From Sphingobacteriaceae bacterium (GTDB lineage: Bacteria > Bacteroidota > Bacteroidia > Sphingobacteriales > Sphingobacteriaceae), in the NCBI GenBank assembly GCA_019752795.1, contig JAIELS010000049.1, forward strand, positions 1 through 55,729: 55,729 nucleotides of DNA. The letters run 5' to 3'. Positions 27,699 to 38,600 of the stretch are shown here, piece after piece. Both the position numbers and the translations under genes were made by a program. Numbering within the stretch: the stretch's first letter is position 1; each line of letters opens with the position of its first letter. The notes under the pieces were generated by a model that was not told the origin of the DNA, ran no database searches, and saw nothing but the letters and a program-made list of their open reading frames with translations.

Positions 27699-29108
27699 TT
27701 AGTTTATTTTAGTATAATAAATATTCAATTTCATTTTATTGTCGCCAACAGCTGCGTTCTTTTTAAAGCTGCCAATTACTGCTCTTGCACCAGTGGTTAA
27801 AGAAGGGCTTTGATATTGAAATTCACTTAGTGGAGTAGGCGCTAAAAAAGTGCCATAATCTTTGGTTTTTCCTGTAAGTAAATCTTGTATATGACTAGTA
27901 ATAACAAATACGTATTGTTTTTTAACGGCATTATAATATCCTCCAAAAACGATTGGATCCAACGCCCTATTGCCGGTTTCAGGACTATTATCTGCAAGAT
28001 TTTTTCTTTGTTCTGCAATATCATATTTGTACAAAGCTAAGCGAGGAGAGGCGGCAAACGGTTTAACATCTGTGCCCGAACTCAAATCAATAACAAGTTC
28101 TGCTTTATTGATTACAATTTTTCCTGCTTCTGAAGCAAATTTAGTTAAATAAGGAAAAGAAATTTTGTTTTTTAAACCTGCTAATGGCTGTAAATAAGTA
28201 ACGCCATATTGCTGATTTGGGGTGCTTAATTGTGTGGCAATTGCTGTGCCAGTATAATCATGCTTTATGCTTGCCGCTATAGCTCCTGTTGAATTAGCAA
28301 TAGGGAAGTCTACAGCAACAGTGTCGATAGCTGTAACAGTTGTCGCATTTTTCTTCTTGTAATAAAGTGTTAAATTTGAATTTGTACTTTCAAAATCAAA
28401 GAACATGATACCTCCATTCCCTGTAAATCCACTTTTGTTTATTTGGACATATAAGCCTTTAAAAGCGTTAGCAAATGCGTTATTCGTTTTTAAGTTTGCC
28501 GCAGTTAGATTAATAATGTTGTTTTGAATAAATGCGGTGTTTAGCTTTATTCTAACTTGTGGCGCAACGATTTTTAATGTATCTGGTTTTGCCTCTACAA
28601 TATCTAATACCTTAAATGGTGTTGTCGGAAATAATTTTCCTGTTCTATTGCCTATTACAGAGCTATTATACGCGTAATCTCTATTGCTTAAATAAGAAAG
28701 TTCATCATTTAAGTTTGAGTTTAATTGACGAACATCTATACTGTAGTTTGAAGTACTATCTCCGTAAAATTCGCCACCATAACTTAAAACTAAAACAGCA
28801 GAGTCTAAAACAGGACTTGTTCCAAAATCATAGGCTTCGGACGGAATATTAACCGACATAGCGAGGCTAGATTCTGTTGTTCCAAATACTGGATCTTTTA
28901 AGTAGCCAAGAGGATGTCTAGTTAAGCCATAAGTAATAGTGTTGTCGTCTAAAACGGTTCTCGAACTAATCGTAACAGTATCAACTAATGCACCTTCAAG
29001 AGCGCTTGATGGATCTATTTCTAAACCAATTGTAGAAGGATTCTCGCAAGACGAGAAAAGAAAAAGACTTATCAACAAGGTTAATAAGTCTAGTTTTATA
29101 AATTTCAT
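27699..29108 (-). CDS. DUF4270-like lipoprotein
   Basis: Lipobox FSSC; DPVFGTT, DSAVLVL and INKAEL motifs; located between glgA-like and glmS. Confidence 0.78.
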   Translation of the reverse strand: MKFIKLDLLTLLISLFLFSSCENPSTIGLEIDPSSALEGALVDTVTISSRTVLDDNTITYGLTRHPLGYLKDPVFGTTESSLAMSVNIPSEAYDFGTSPVLDSAVLVLSYGGEFYGDSTSNYSIDVRQLNSNLNDELSYLSNRDYAYNSSVIGNRTGKLFPTTPFKVLDIVEAKPDTLKIVAPQVRIKLNTAFIQNNIINLTAANLKTNNAFANAFKGLYVQINKSGFTGNGGIMFFDFESTNSNLTLYYKKKNATTVTAIDTVAVDFPIANSTGAIAASIKHDYTGTAIATQLSTPNQQYGVTYLQPLAGLKNKISFPYLTKFASEAGKIVINKAELVIDLSSGTDVKPFAASPRLALYKYDIAEQRKNLADNSPETGNRALDPIVFGGYYNAVKKQYVFVITSHIQDLLTGKTKDYGTFLAPTPLSEFQYQSPSLTTGARAVIGSFKKNAAVGDNKMKLNIYYTKIN

Positions 29109-29132
29109 ATGTGTTATTAAAATAATGCTTTT

Positions 29133-29963
29133 TTAAGCTACTGAAACCAATTCTTCATCAGAGATTTCTTCGTAAAAAGTAAAGAAGTTCTCGTAATTTT
29201 CGGTTAAATTAAAGGCTAAAGTTGGCTTATTAGAATCTTTAACAAATTTTAACACATCATTATCTATCTTTTCATCAGCAAATACTACTGCGTCAGAGTG
29301 TGTTATAGCACCAATGTGTAAGCTTGCATTGTCTGCCTTTACAAAAGCTTTTGTGTCCTCTTCAGTCATATTTTGCATCACAGCCTTCTTATGCAAATCA
29401 GCATTTAACGTCTCTGTAAAACAGTTTTCATAAACAGAGTAAACTACTTTAGAATTTTTAAATGTTGGGTCGTTTTTATAAGTAGTTTTAATATATGCAG
29501 GAACTAATGAAGTCATCCAGCCATGACAATGAACGATGTCAGGTGCCCAGCCTAATTTTTTAACAGTTTCTAATGCGCCTTTACAGAAGAAAATTGTACG
29601 CTCGTCATTATCGGCATAAAATTTATTTTCTTTGTCTCTAAAAACGTATTTACGATGAAAATAATCTTCGTTATCCAAGAAATATACTTGCATACGTGCC
29701 GAAGGAATAGAGGCAACTTTGATAATTAAAGGATTATCGTTATCGTCAATAATGATGTTCATTCCAGACAAACGGATAACTTCGTGTAGCCTATTTCTTC
29801 TTTCGTTAATGTTACCAAATTTTGGCATTAAGATGCGGATTTCAAATCCTTTTTCTTGCATTGCCTGAGGTAATTGACGTGTAATTTCTGAAATTTTGGT
29901 AAGTTCGAGGAAAGGCGACATCTCGTGTGTAACAATCAGTAGCTTCGTTTTTGCCATCTCCAT
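29133..29963 (-). CDS. Glycogen/starch synthase N-terminal (GT5) domain protein
   Basis: EIRILMP, DNDERTIFF and PDIVHCHGW motifs; only 276 aa. Confidence 0.82.
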   Translation of the reverse strand: MEMAKTKLLIVTHEMSPFLELTKISEITRQLPQAMQEKGFEIRILMPKFGNINERRNRLHEVIRLSGMNIIIDDNDNPLIIKVASIPSARMQVYFLDNEDYFHRKYVFRDKENKFYADNDERTIFFCKGALETVKKLGWAPDIVHCHGWMTSLVPAYIKTTYKNDPTFKNSKVVYSVYENCFTETLNADLHKKAVMQNMTEEDTKAFVKADNASLHIGAITHSDAVVFADEKIDNDVLKFVKDSNKPTLAFNLTENYENFFTFYEEISDEELVSVA

Positions 29964-30107
29964 ATTATATAGTAAATTATGTTAATTTAAAGATTATCAA
30001 GGGGCAAAGGTACGAATAATATTAACATTTATCAATAACTTGTGCAATAGGCTTTGTAAGTTTTAGATAATTGTTCAACTTTGAGCATTTAAAAACCAAT
30101 TGTTAAT

Positions 30108-30956
30108 TTGGAAATTATACATACCATCTCAGCATTAAAAATGTTGTTAATGCCTTTACAAAAGGCGAAAGTTAAAGTTGCACTCGTTCCCACAATGGGG
30201 GCGTTACACAAAGGACATTTGTCTTTAATTGAGGTTGCACAAAAGCATGCAGATATAGTGGTTTGTAGCATATTTGTAAATCCAACGCAATTTACCGACC
30301 CTAAAGATTTAGAGAAATATCCTAGACCTTTGGAACATGACATTAAAATGTTAACAGGCGCAGGTTGTAATTTTGTATTTATGCCCACGGTTAAGGAGAT
30401 GTACCCAAATTTTCCTATACCAGAAGATTGGGATATCGATTTAGGACCAGCAGAATTTTTATTAGAAGGCGAATTTAGAAAAGGTCATTATCAAGGTGTA
30501 ACGCAAATTGTAAAAAAACTTTTTGATGCAGTAAACCCAGATATTGCATTTTTTGGGCAGAAAGATTTTCAGCAGGTGCTAATGATTAAGCAAATGGTTA
30601 AATATTTTAACATGCCATTAGAAATTGTTTCTTGCCCAATAATAAGAGAAGACGACGGATTAGCAATGAGCTCTAGAAACATCCATTTATCTGCCACCGA
30701 CAAAAAAAATGCTTTAGTTTTAAGTGAAGCATTAGCTTATGTAAAGGCTAATTATAGCATACTAGATATAGCCGAATTAGTTAAAAACGCAAAGAAATTA
30801 ATAACAGAAACAGCTGGTGTAGAATTAGATTATTTTACCATTGCTGATGGAGAAACCTTGTTGCCAATACAAAACAAACAAGTAATAAACCCTGTTGCTC
30901 TAGTTGCTGCTAAAGTTGGCGAAACTCGGTTGATAGATAATATTTTACTAAATTAA
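30108..30956 (+). CDS. panC: Pantoate--beta-alanine ligase
   Basis: PTMGALHKGH, SIFVNPTQF, GQKDFQQ, GLAMSSRN and RLIDN motifs. Confidence 0.97.
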   Translation: MEIIHTISALKMLLMPLQKAKVKVALVPTMGALHKGHLSLIEVAQKHADIVVCSIFVNPTQFTDPKDLEKYPRPLEHDIKMLTGAGCNFVFMPTVKEMYPNFPIPEDWDIDLGPAEFLLEGEFRKGHYQGVTQIVKKLFDAVNPDIAFFGQKDFQQVLMIKQMVKYFNMPLEIVSCPIIREDDGLAMSSRNIHLSATDKKNALVLSEALAYVKANYSILDIAELVKNAKKLITETAGVELDYFTIADGETLLPIQNKQVINPVALVAAKVGETRLIDNILLN

Positions 30957-31032
30957 TGTAAAATTTCTTTAAAGAATGCCTTGTCAAATGTTTTATCTTT
31001 TTAGCTTCAATCCTAATTATTAACTTTGCAGC

Positions 31033-31383
31033 ATGATTATTGAGATCCTAAAATCGAAGTTACATCGTGTTAAGGTAACAGAGTCCGAATTAAACTATGT
31101 TGGGAGTATCACCATAGATGAAGATTTAATGGATGCGGCTCACCTTATCGCTAATGAGAAAGTTCAAGTAGTAAACAATAACAATGGTGCCCGATTTGAA
31201 ACTTACGTTATCAAAGGGGCTCGTGGTACAGGTACAATCTGTTTAAATGGTTCTTGTGCTCGCTTGGCTCAAATTGGTGATATTTTAATTATTGTATCCT
31301 ATGGCTCTTTGCCTATAGAAGAGGCTAAAAAGTATCAACCTATTCTAGTTTTTCCAGATGATAATAATAAACTCTTAAAATAA
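31033..31383 (+). CDS. panD: Aspartate 1-decarboxylase
   Basis: [13 protein letters not shown] self-cleavage site and RFETY. Confidence 0.97.
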   Translation: MIIEILKSKLHRVKVTESELNYVGSITIDEDLMDAAHLIANEKVQVVNNNNGARFETYVIKGARGTGTICLNGSCARLAQIGDILIIVSYGSLPIEEAKKYQPILVFPDDNNKLLK

Positions 31384-31530
31384 TTTATGCTGCATCGTTT
31401 AGCTTATGCTTTATAAAAATTGGCATTAAATAGTGTGTATTTTTATTGTATTACACTTTTTCCTTGTATAACTCAAATCCTACACTTTTTAACTTAAACT
31501 AGTTAGAAATCCTATTACGATAAAAAAATT

Positions 31531-31546
31531 ACTATGCAACCATAGC
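31531..31546. promoter_or_regulatory. Putative palindromic operator upstream of the acyl-CoA dehydrogenase
   Basis: aCTATG-caac-CATAGc about 20-35 nt upstream of the TAAATTTG -7 element (31565-31572). Confidence 0.45.
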
Positions 31547-31601
31547 ATTTTCGTTAAGAAATACTAAATTTGGCAACTGTAACCATTTATAAATCATAAT
31601 T

Positions 31602-32744
31602 ATGCTTTTTGAGTTAAGTGAAGAACAATTAATGATACAACAGGCAGCTAGAGATTTTGCTCAAACAGAATTGAAGCCTGGAGTAATTGAAAGAGATGAA
31701 CATCAAAAATTTCCAAAAGAACAAGTTGCAAAACTTGGTGAACTTGGATTCTTAGGAATGATGGTTGATCCAAAATATAACGGTAGCGGTATGGATGCTG
31801 TATCTTATGTTTTGGTAATGGAAGAGCTTTCTAAAGTAGATGCTTCTGCTTCTGTAGTAGTATCTGTAAATAATTCATTAGTTTGTTACGGATTAGAAAC
31901 TTATGGTAGCGAAGCGCAAAAGGAAAAATATTTAAAACCATTAGCTTCTGGTGACAAAATCGGCGCTTTCTGTTTATCAGAACCAGAGGCGGGTTCTGAT
32001 GCAACTTCTCAACAAACTACTGCCGAAGATATGGGCGATTACTATTTGTTAAATGGAACTAAGAATTGGATTACCAATGGCAGTACAGCTAGCACTTATT
32101 TAGTAATTGCACAAACACATAAAGAATTAAGACACAAAGGTATCAATGCATTTATTGTAGAAGCGGGGACGCCAGGTTTTACCGTTGGGCCTAAAGAAAA
32201 TAAATTAGGCATTCGTGGCTCTGATACACATTCATTAATGTTTAACGATGTAAAGGTGCCTAAAGAAAATAGAATTGGCGAAGATGGGTTCGGATTTAAA
32301 TTTGCCATGAAAACCTTAGAAGGTGGTAGAATTGGTATTGCCGCACAAGCTTTAGGAATTGCAGCAGGAGCTTATGAGTTGGCTTTGGAATATTCAAAAC
32401 AGCGTAAATCTTTCGGTAAAGCAATTTCAGAGCACCAGGCAATTGCTTTTAAGTTAGCAGATATGGCTACTCAGATAGAGGCTGCTCGTTTGTTGGTGTA
32501 TAAAGCGGCTTGGTTAAAAGATCAAGGTGAAAACTACACATTGGCGGGTTCTATGGCTAAATTATTTGCCAGTAAAGTAGCAATGGATGTAACTGTAGAG
32601 GCTGTTCAAATTCACGGTGGTTATGGTTTTGTAAAAGAATATCACGTAGAGAGATTAATGAGAGATGCTAAAATTACTCAGATTTATGAAGGTACATCTG
32701 AAATACAAAAAATGGTAATTAGCAGAAGTATTTTAAGTAAGTAG
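31602..32744 (+). CDS. Acyl-CoA dehydrogenase (short/branched-chain type)
   Basis: FCLSEPEAGSD, KNWITN, GRIGIAAQ, QIHGGYG and IYEGTSEIQ motifs. Confidence 0.95.
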   Translation: MLFELSEEQLMIQQAARDFAQTELKPGVIERDEHQKFPKEQVAKLGELGFLGMMVDPKYNGSGMDAVSYVLVMEELSKVDASASVVVSVNNSLVCYGLETYGSEAQKEKYLKPLASGDKIGAFCLSEPEAGSDATSQQTTAEDMGDYYLLNGTKNWITNGSTASTYLVIAQTHKELRHKGINAFIVEAGTPGFTVGPKENKLGIRGSDTHSLMFNDVKVPKENRIGEDGFGFKFAMKTLEGGRIGIAAQALGIAAGAYELALEYSKQRKSFGKAISEHQAIAFKLADMATQIEAARLLVYKAAWLKDQGENYTLAGSMAKLFASKVAMDVTVEAVQIHGGYGFVKEYHVERLMRDAKITQIYEGTSEIQKMVISRSILSK

Positions 32745-32768
32745 ATAAAAGCTGAAAGGCCAAAGCAT

Positions 32769-32808
32769 AAAAAAAGCCACAAGGAAAATAATTTCTTTGT
32801 GGCTTTTT
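32769..32808. terminator. Bidirectional terminator
   Basis: AAAAAGCCACAAGGAAA..TTTCTTTGTGGCTTTTT. Confidence 0.88.
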
Positions 32809-32826
32809 GTTTTTATAAGGTATGAT

Positions 32827-33174
32827 TTATTTTTTCTCCCCACCAAAAATAGAATCCAATATCATTTTTATAACAGATACCGCTATAGCCAAAATGGCTG
32901 CGGCTAAAAACCCCGTTGTATTAAAGCCAGTCATCAAATTGTCTACCAATAATATCATTAATACGGTAATGATAAATGAGATTAAGCCAAGAGTTAAAAT
33001 GTTTAATGGGAAAGTAAAAATTCTTAAAATTAATCCAATTGTCGCATTAGCTAAGGCAATTAGGACGGCGGCAATAATTGCACTGAGGTAACCATCTACA
33101 CTTACGCCTGGTATAATATAGGCGCCAATCAACATGGCAAGACCCATCAATAAAATTTCGATTATTAGTTTCAT
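32827..33174 (-). CDS. YvlD-like 4-TM membrane protein ('phage holin family')
   Basis: PGVSVDGY.SA, FPLNILTLGL and four TM helices. Confidence 0.82.
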   Translation of the reverse strand: MKLIIEILLMGLAMLIGAYIIPGVSVDGYLSAIIAAVLIALANATIGLILRIFTFPLNILTLGLISFIITVLMILLVDNLMTGFNTTGFLAAAILAIAVSVIKMILDSIFGGEKK

Positions 33175-33191
33175 AATGTTAATTTAGTTTA

Positions 33192-33623
33192 ATGTTTAAA
33201 TATATAAAGTTTCCAGTTAGCGCTATTTGTTTTTTGTTTTTATCTTCTTGTAATCAAACAAATAGTAAGCCATTAGTAATTGCTTTTTCTTCAGATAGCT
33301 CACAAATTGTATTTAAAGATATCAATGAAGCCGCACTATTTCAACTTAAAACCAATATTAATACAGATTCTAGCTATCAGCATTTGGTAACGGTATTGCA
33401 AACTCTAGATGATGATGACTCTACAGGTATGGAAGTAGAATGGCAAGGAAAATTAAGTTTAAAGTCTAATGAGTTGCTATTTACTCCTAATTTCCCCTTT
33501 GTTAGGGGGAAAACTTATTTGGTAGAAACAATCTTAAATTCGCAATTCGCCAGCGGCGAAGATATCATTAAGGATAAGATTGGAACTCAAATTAAACCTC
33601 AGCAACAAACATTAAAAAGATAG
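33192..33623 (+). CDS. Hypothetical lipoprotein
   Basis: Lipobox LSSC; LLFTPNFPFVRGKTY resembles Ig-like (Big_5) motifs. Confidence 0.65.
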   Translation: MFKYIKFPVSAICFLFLSSCNQTNSKPLVIAFSSDSSQIVFKDINEAALFQLKTNINTDSSYQHLVTVLQTLDDDDSTGMEVEWQGKLSLKSNELLFTPNFPFVRGKTYLVETILNSQFASGEDIIKDKIGTQIKPQQQTLKR

Positions 33624-33697
33624 TTTAGTGAGCTCATTTTCAGAGAGCTTTTTATATTTCAAATATTATTCGTACATTTGCACGGTAATAGCGGATG

Positions 33698-33727
33698 GAG
33701 AGGGGACAGAGTCCCCTCTTTTCTTTT
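33698..33727 (+). promoter_or_regulatory. rimP leader hairpin (terminator-like attenuator)
   Basis: GAGAGGGGAC-AGA-GTCCCCTCTT-TTCTTTT between the TACATTTG promoter (33673-33680) and the rimP ATG. Such a leader is known upstream of rimP-nusA-infB. Confidence 0.75.
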
Positions 33728-33742
33728 ACAACAATTTAGAGT

Positions 33743-34207
33743 ATGCAGGTAGAAAACAGAGTTAAAGCATTAGTAGAGGAGAAAATTGCCGACAGGCCTG
33801 AGCTTTTTTTGGTGGCTATAAAAATGTTACCAAACAATAAATTAATTATCCATGTAGATGGTGATGAAGGAATAAGCATTCAGGATTGTGCAGCAATTAG
33901 TAGACATGTTGGGTTTCATTTAGAAGAAGAAAACACAATTGAGAAGGCTTATAATTTAGAGGTTTCTTCTCCTGGAGTTGGAGAGCCACTTTTACTTACC
34001 CGTCAATATCATAAAAACATTGGTAGAGAGTTAAGTATTAAACTTAGCGAAGGAGTTGTGAAAGAAGGTAAATTGATTGCTGTAACTGACGATGCTATTT
34101 TAATAGAAGAAAAAGTTAAAGAAAAAGGTAAAAAAGTTCAATTGGTAGAAACACAAATTGAATTTAATAGTATAGTAGAAACAAAGGTTTTAATTTCATT
34201 TAAATAA
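33743..34207 (+). CDS. rimP: Ribosome maturation factor RimP
   Basis: ISIQDC..ISR and YNLEVSSPG motifs; first gene of the nusA operon. Confidence 0.95.
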   Translation: MQVENRVKALVEEKIADRPELFLVAIKMLPNNKLIIHVDGDEGISIQDCAAISRHVGFHLEEENTIEKAYNLEVSSPGVGEPLLLTRQYHKNIGRELSIKLSEGVVKEGKLIAVTDDAILIEEKVKEKGKKVQLVETQIEFNSIVETKVLISFK

Positions 34208-34211
34208 AAAA

Positions 34212-35447
34212 ATGAGCAATATTAATTTAATCGATTCATTTCAAGAGTTTAAGGACTTCAAAAATATCGACCGCCCTACAGTAATTAGTGTACTGGAAGA
34301 GGTATTTCGCAGTATGTTGCGTAAAAAATATGGCACAGACGAAAACTGTGACGTAATTGTAAATCCAGATAACGGAGATTTGGAAATCTGGAGAACAAGA
34401 AAAGTAATGGAAGATGGATTTTCTGAAGATGATGATCTAGAAATTGAACTTGCTGAAGTAAAGTTGTTAGATCCTGATATGGAAGTTGGAGATGATTACA
34501 TTGAGCAAATTACTTTAGAAAGTTTTGGACGTAGAGCTATTTTAGCTGCCCGCCAAACACTGGTTTCTAAAGTTTTAGAATTAGAGAAGGATGAAATCTT
34601 TAAAAAATATAAAGATAGAGTTGGCGAAATAGTAACAGGAGAAGTTTACCAAGTTTGGAAAAAAGAAACTCTGATTTTGGATGATGAAGGTAACGAGTTA
34701 TTGATGCCTAAAACAGAACAAATTCCAGCAGATTATTTCAAAAAAGGAGACTCTGTTCGTGCGGTAATTTCTAAAGTTGACATGTTGAATGCAACTCCAA
34801 AAATTATTATATCTAGAATTGCACCAGAATTCTTGCAACGTTTGTTCGAAATCGAAGTTCCAGAAATTTTTGATGGGTTAATTACCATTAAAAAAATTGT
34901 ACGTGAACCAGGAGAAAGAGCTAAAGTTGCTGTAGAATCTTATGATGATAGAATAGATCCAGTTGGTGCTTGTGTTGGTATGAAAGGTTCTCGTATTCAC
35001 GGTATCGTGAGAGAATTGAAAAATGAAAATATTGATGTAATTAATTTTACAAATAATGTTTCACTTTACATACAACGTGCATTAAGCCCTGCAAAAATTA
35101 CATCTATAAAATTAGATGATGTTACAAAACATGCCTCAGTGTATTTAAAACCAGATCAGGTTTCATTAGCAATTGGTCGTGGTGGACATAACATAAAATT
35201 GGCAGGTAAATTGACGGGATATGAAATTGATGTATATCGTGAAGCAGGAGAAGAAGATGAGGATGTGGATATCGAAGAATTCTCGGATGAAATTGATAGC
35301 TGGATCATTGATGAGTTGAAAGCAATTGGTTGCGATACAGCAAAAAGTGTTTTAGCTTTATCAGTAGATGAACTAGTAAAACGTACCGATTTAGAAGAAG
35401 AAACGATTAAAGAAGTAATCAGTATTCTTAAGTCAGAATTTGAATAA
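34212..35447 (+). CDS. nusA: Transcription termination/antitermination factor NusA
   Basis: EVPEI, REPGERAK, DPVGACVG and AIGRGGHN motifs. Confidence 0.97.
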   Translation: MSNINLIDSFQEFKDFKNIDRPTVISVLEEVFRSMLRKKYGTDENCDVIVNPDNGDLEIWRTRKVMEDGFSEDDDLEIELAEVKLLDPDMEVGDDYIEQITLESFGRRAILAARQTLVSKVLELEKDEIFKKYKDRVGEIVTGEVYQVWKKETLILDDEGNELLMPKTEQIPADYFKKGDSVRAVISKVDMLNATPKIIISRIAPEFLQRLFEIEVPEIFDGLITIKKIVREPGERAKVAVESYDDRIDPVGACVGMKGSRIHGIVRELKNENIDVINFTNNVSLYIQRALSPAKITSIKLDDVTKHASVYLKPDQVSLAIGRGGHNIKLAGKLTGYEIDVYREAGEEDEDVDIEEFSDEIDSWIIDELKAIGCDTAKSVLALSVDELVKRTDLEEETIKEVISILKSEFE

Positions 35448-35518
35448 ACGTGTTATGCTTGAATAAATAAGAATAAACGTTACTTTTGTATATAATTTAG
35501 TAAATAACAGTATAATAG

Positions 35519-38509
35519 ATGTCAGACGACAAAGCCATAATTTTATTTAAAGCAGTTAAAGAACTTAACGTAGGAAGCTCAACGATTATAGAGTTTCTTA
35601 GTAAGAAGGGATTTGCTGTGGAAAATAAGCCCACTACAAAACTCTCAAAAGAGATGTACGATGCATTATTAAGAGAATTTCAGGGGGATAAAATCGTAAA
35701 AGAGGAAGCCAATCAGATAATTATAGGTAAAATTCGTCGTGATGAACCTGAAATAGCTGAGAAAGCTCCTGAGGCGCCTACAAAAAAACAAGATTTTGAA
35801 AACGAGGGCATTTTAATAAAGAACCTTCATTCATATACTCCTCCAGTTGAAAAGCCTAAGGAAGAAGCTCCTGTTGTTGCAGAAAAGCCAGTTGAACCGG
35901 TTCCAGTTCCAACTCCAGTTAAAGAAGTTGAAACTAAAGAAGACGAAGGCTCATTGCCAGGTGTGAAAGTTATTGGCAAAATAAATCTTAATGATTTAAA
36001 TAGCAAAACTCGCCCAGTTAAAAAGGAAGAAGTTACTCCTAAAGCCGAAGTTAAAAAAGAAATACCAGCAGTGGTTAATACACCTAAGGTTGATGAAAAA
36101 CCTGCTCCAGCTCCTGTAGCAGAAGAGAAATCACCTGTTGTTGTAACGCCTAAAGTTGAAGAAAAACCTGTAGTTAAAGCCCCTGTAGTGGTAAAAACTC
36201 CAGAAGTTCCAGCAGCTGAAACACCAAAAACAGATGATGAGGTTATTAAAGCTCGTTCTGTTAAATTATCAGGGCCAAATATTATTGGTAAAATTGTTTT
36301 GCCTACTACACCTGATCGTAGAAACCAGCCTGTTGCATCATCTAATGATAGCGAAGCTGCTAAGCGCAAACGTAAGCGTAAAAAAGCACCAGGTGGTCCA
36401 AATACAAATGTACCGCAACAGAGTCAAGGTCAAGGACAAGGAAATCAAACTCCTCGTCCGGCAGGTACACCAGCTCCACATGTGGGTAATAGACCAGATT
36501 TTAGAAATAATACAAATAATACAGCTGGCGGTCGTCCAAACTTTAGAAATGCTAGACCAGGTGCACCATCATCTGGCGGGCCTAAAGAAGAACCAACAGA
36601 AAAAGAAATACAAGATCAGATTAAAGCAACACTTGCTCGTTTAAGTGGCGCTGGTAAATCTGGTAAATTTGCACAACGTGCAAAATTACGTCGTCAGAAA
36701 CGTGATGATGTTGCTTTAACAGCAGAAGAAGCAGCGGCAGAAGAACAATTACAATCTAAAGTGTTAAGAGTTACAGAATTTGTTACGGCAAATGAGTTAG
36801 CTAATATGATGGATGTGCCAGTTACAAAAATTATTGGTACTTGTATGAGTTTGGGAATGTTCGTTTCCATTAACCAACGTTTAGATGCAGAAACATTAAC
36901 AATTGTTGCTGATGAGTTTGGTTATGAAATCCAATTTGTAAAAGCAGATGAAGAGGCTGATAGCGTAATTGAAGAAGAAGATGCACCAGAAGATTTAGAA
37001 CCAAGAGTTCCAGTAGTTACCATTATGGGTCACGTAGATCATGGTAAAACATCTTTGTTAGATTATATTCGTAAAGCGAATGTAGTTGCTGGTGAAGCGG
37101 GTGGTATTACTCAGCACATTGGTGCTTATAAAGTAACAACTAATTCTGGTAAACAAGTAACTTTCTTAGATACACCAGGTCACGAAGCCTTTACAGCAAT
37201 GCGTGCACGTGGTGCTAAGGTTGCAGATATTGCAATTATCGTTATTGCCGCAGATGATGCAGTAATGCCTCAAACTAAAGAAGCAATTACTCATGCACAA
37301 GCAGCGGGTGTTCCTTTAGTGTTTGCATTTACAAAAATTGATAAACCAGGTGCTAACTCAGATAGAGTTAGAGAACAGTTATCAGTAATGAATATTTTGG
37401 TGGAAGATTGGGGCGGTAAATTCCAATCGCAAGAAATATCCAGTAAAAGCGGTTTAAATGTTGATTTACTTTTAGATAAGGTTTTACTAGAAGCTGAGTT
37501 ATTAGAATTAACAGCTAATCCAAATAAGCGAGCAACCGGTACGGTTATCGAAGCAACATTAGATAAAGGACGTGGTATTGTAACTACTGTATTGGTGCAA
37601 GCTGGTACATTAAGAGTTGGTGATCCAATCTTAGCTGGTAGTTATAGCGGTAAGGTAAAAGCTTTATTTAACGAACGTGGAGCTAAGGTTAGTGAAGCAG
37701 GACCATCAGTTCCGGTACAGGTATTGGGTATGCAAGGTGCGCCTACTGCAGGCGATAAGTTTAACGCATTAGAAAGTGAAGTTGAAGCGAGAGATATAGC
37801 TAATAAACGTTTACAATTAATGCGTGAGCAAGGTTTACGTACACAGAAACATATTACATTAGATGAGATTGGTCGTCGTTTGGCAATCGGTAACTTTAAA
37901 GAGTTAAACTTAATTGTTAAAGGTGATGTGGATGGTTCTATCGAAGCACTTGCTGATTCATTATTGAAACTATCTACTGAAGAAATCCAAATCAATATTA
38001 TTGGTAAGGCAGTAGGTCAAATATCAGAATCAGATGTATTGTTAGCATCAGCTTCTGATGCAATTATTATTGGTTTCCAAGTACGTCCTTCGCCAGGCGC
38101 TCGTAAATTAGCCGAGGCTGAGCAAATTGATATTCGTTTATATTCTATTATTTACGATGCAATTAATGAGATTAAAGCGGCAATGGAAGGTATGTTAGCG
38201 CCAGAATTTGAAGAGAAAATTGTGGCTAACGTAGAGATTAGAGAAACCTTTAAAATTACTAAAGTTGGTACCATTGCAGGTTGTATGGTGTTAGATGGTA
38301 AAATTACGCGTAAAAGCGCTATACGTATTGTACGTGATGGTGTTGTAGTTTATACAGGTGAACTAGCTTCTTTGAAACGTTTTAAAGATGATGTTAAAGA
38401 AGTTGCTAAAGGTTACGAATGTGGACTAAACATCCAAAACTTTAATAATATTGAAGTTGGAGATATAGTAGAAGCTTACGAACAAGTAGAAGTTAAACGT
38501 AAGTTGTAA
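35519..38509 (+). CDS. infB: Translation initiation factor IF-2
   Basis: [16 protein letters not shown] and DTPGH motifs; long low-complexity N-terminus. Confidence 0.98.
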   Translation: MSDDKAIILFKAVKELNVGSSTIIEFLSKKGFAVENKPTTKLSKEMYDALLREFQGDKIVKEEANQIIIGKIRRDEPEIAEKAPEAPTKKQDFENEGILIKNLHSYTPPVEKPKEEAPVVAEKPVEPVPVPTPVKEVETKEDEGSLPGVKVIGKINLNDLNSKTRPVKKEEVTPKAEVKKEIPAVVNTPKVDEKPAPAPVAEEKSPVVVTPKVEEKPVVKAPVVVKTPEVPAAETPKTDDEVIKARSVKLSGPNIIGKIVLPTTPDRRNQPVASSNDSEAAKRKRKRKKAPGGPNTNVPQQSQGQGQGNQTPRPAGTPAPHVGNRPDFRNNTNNTAGGRPNFRNARPGAPSSGGPKEEPTEKEIQDQIKATLARLSGAGKSGKFAQRAKLRRQKRDDVALTAEEAAAEEQLQSKVLRVTEFVTANELANMMDVPVTKIIGTCMSLGMFVSINQRLDAETLTIVADEFGYEIQFVKADEEADSVIEEEDAPEDLEPRVPVVTIMGHVDHGKTSLLDYIRKANVVAGEAGGITQHIGAYKVTTNSGKQVTFLDTPGHEAFTAMRARGAKVADIAIIVIAADDAVMPQTKEAITHAQAAGVPLVFAFTKIDKPGANSDRVREQLSVMNILVEDWGGKFQSQEISSKSGLNVDLLLDKVLLEAELLELTANPNKRATGTVIEATLDKGRGIVTTVLVQAGTLRVGDPILAGSYSGKVKALFNERGAKVSEAGPSVPVQVLGMQGAPTAGDKFNALESEVEARDIANKRLQLMREQGLRTQKHITLDEIGRRLAIGNFKELNLIVKGDVDGSIEALADSLLKLSTEEIQINIIGKAVGQISESDVLLASASDAIIIGFQVRPSPGARKLAEAEQIDIRLYSIIYDAINEIKAAMEGMLAPEFEEKIVANVEIRETFKITKVGTIAGCMVLDGKITRKSAIRIVRDGVVVYTGELASLKRFKDDVKEVAKGYECGLNIQNFNNIEVGDIVEAYEQVEVKRKL

Positions 38510-38529
38510 TAGATTTACCATTATAATAT

Positions 38530-38556
38530 AAAGGAGCGATTTTCGCTCCTTTTTTT
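38530..38556 (+). terminator. Terminator after infB
   Basis: AAAGGAGCGA-TTT-TCGCTCCTTTTTTT. Confidence 0.9.
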
Positions 38557-38600
38557 GTGTTGAAATATGATGGTTATTTAATTAAACTATAATTGATGAG

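Noticed and set aside
32827-33174. 'Phage holin' as evidence of a prophage
   Set aside because: YvlD-like proteins are common chromosomal genes; no integrase, endolysin or structural genes lie nearby.
35830-36590. Pro/Val/Lys/Glu repeats in infB (PKVDEKP, PKVEEKP, RPDFRN/RPNFRN)
   Set aside because: Normal low-complexity IF-2 N-terminal region.
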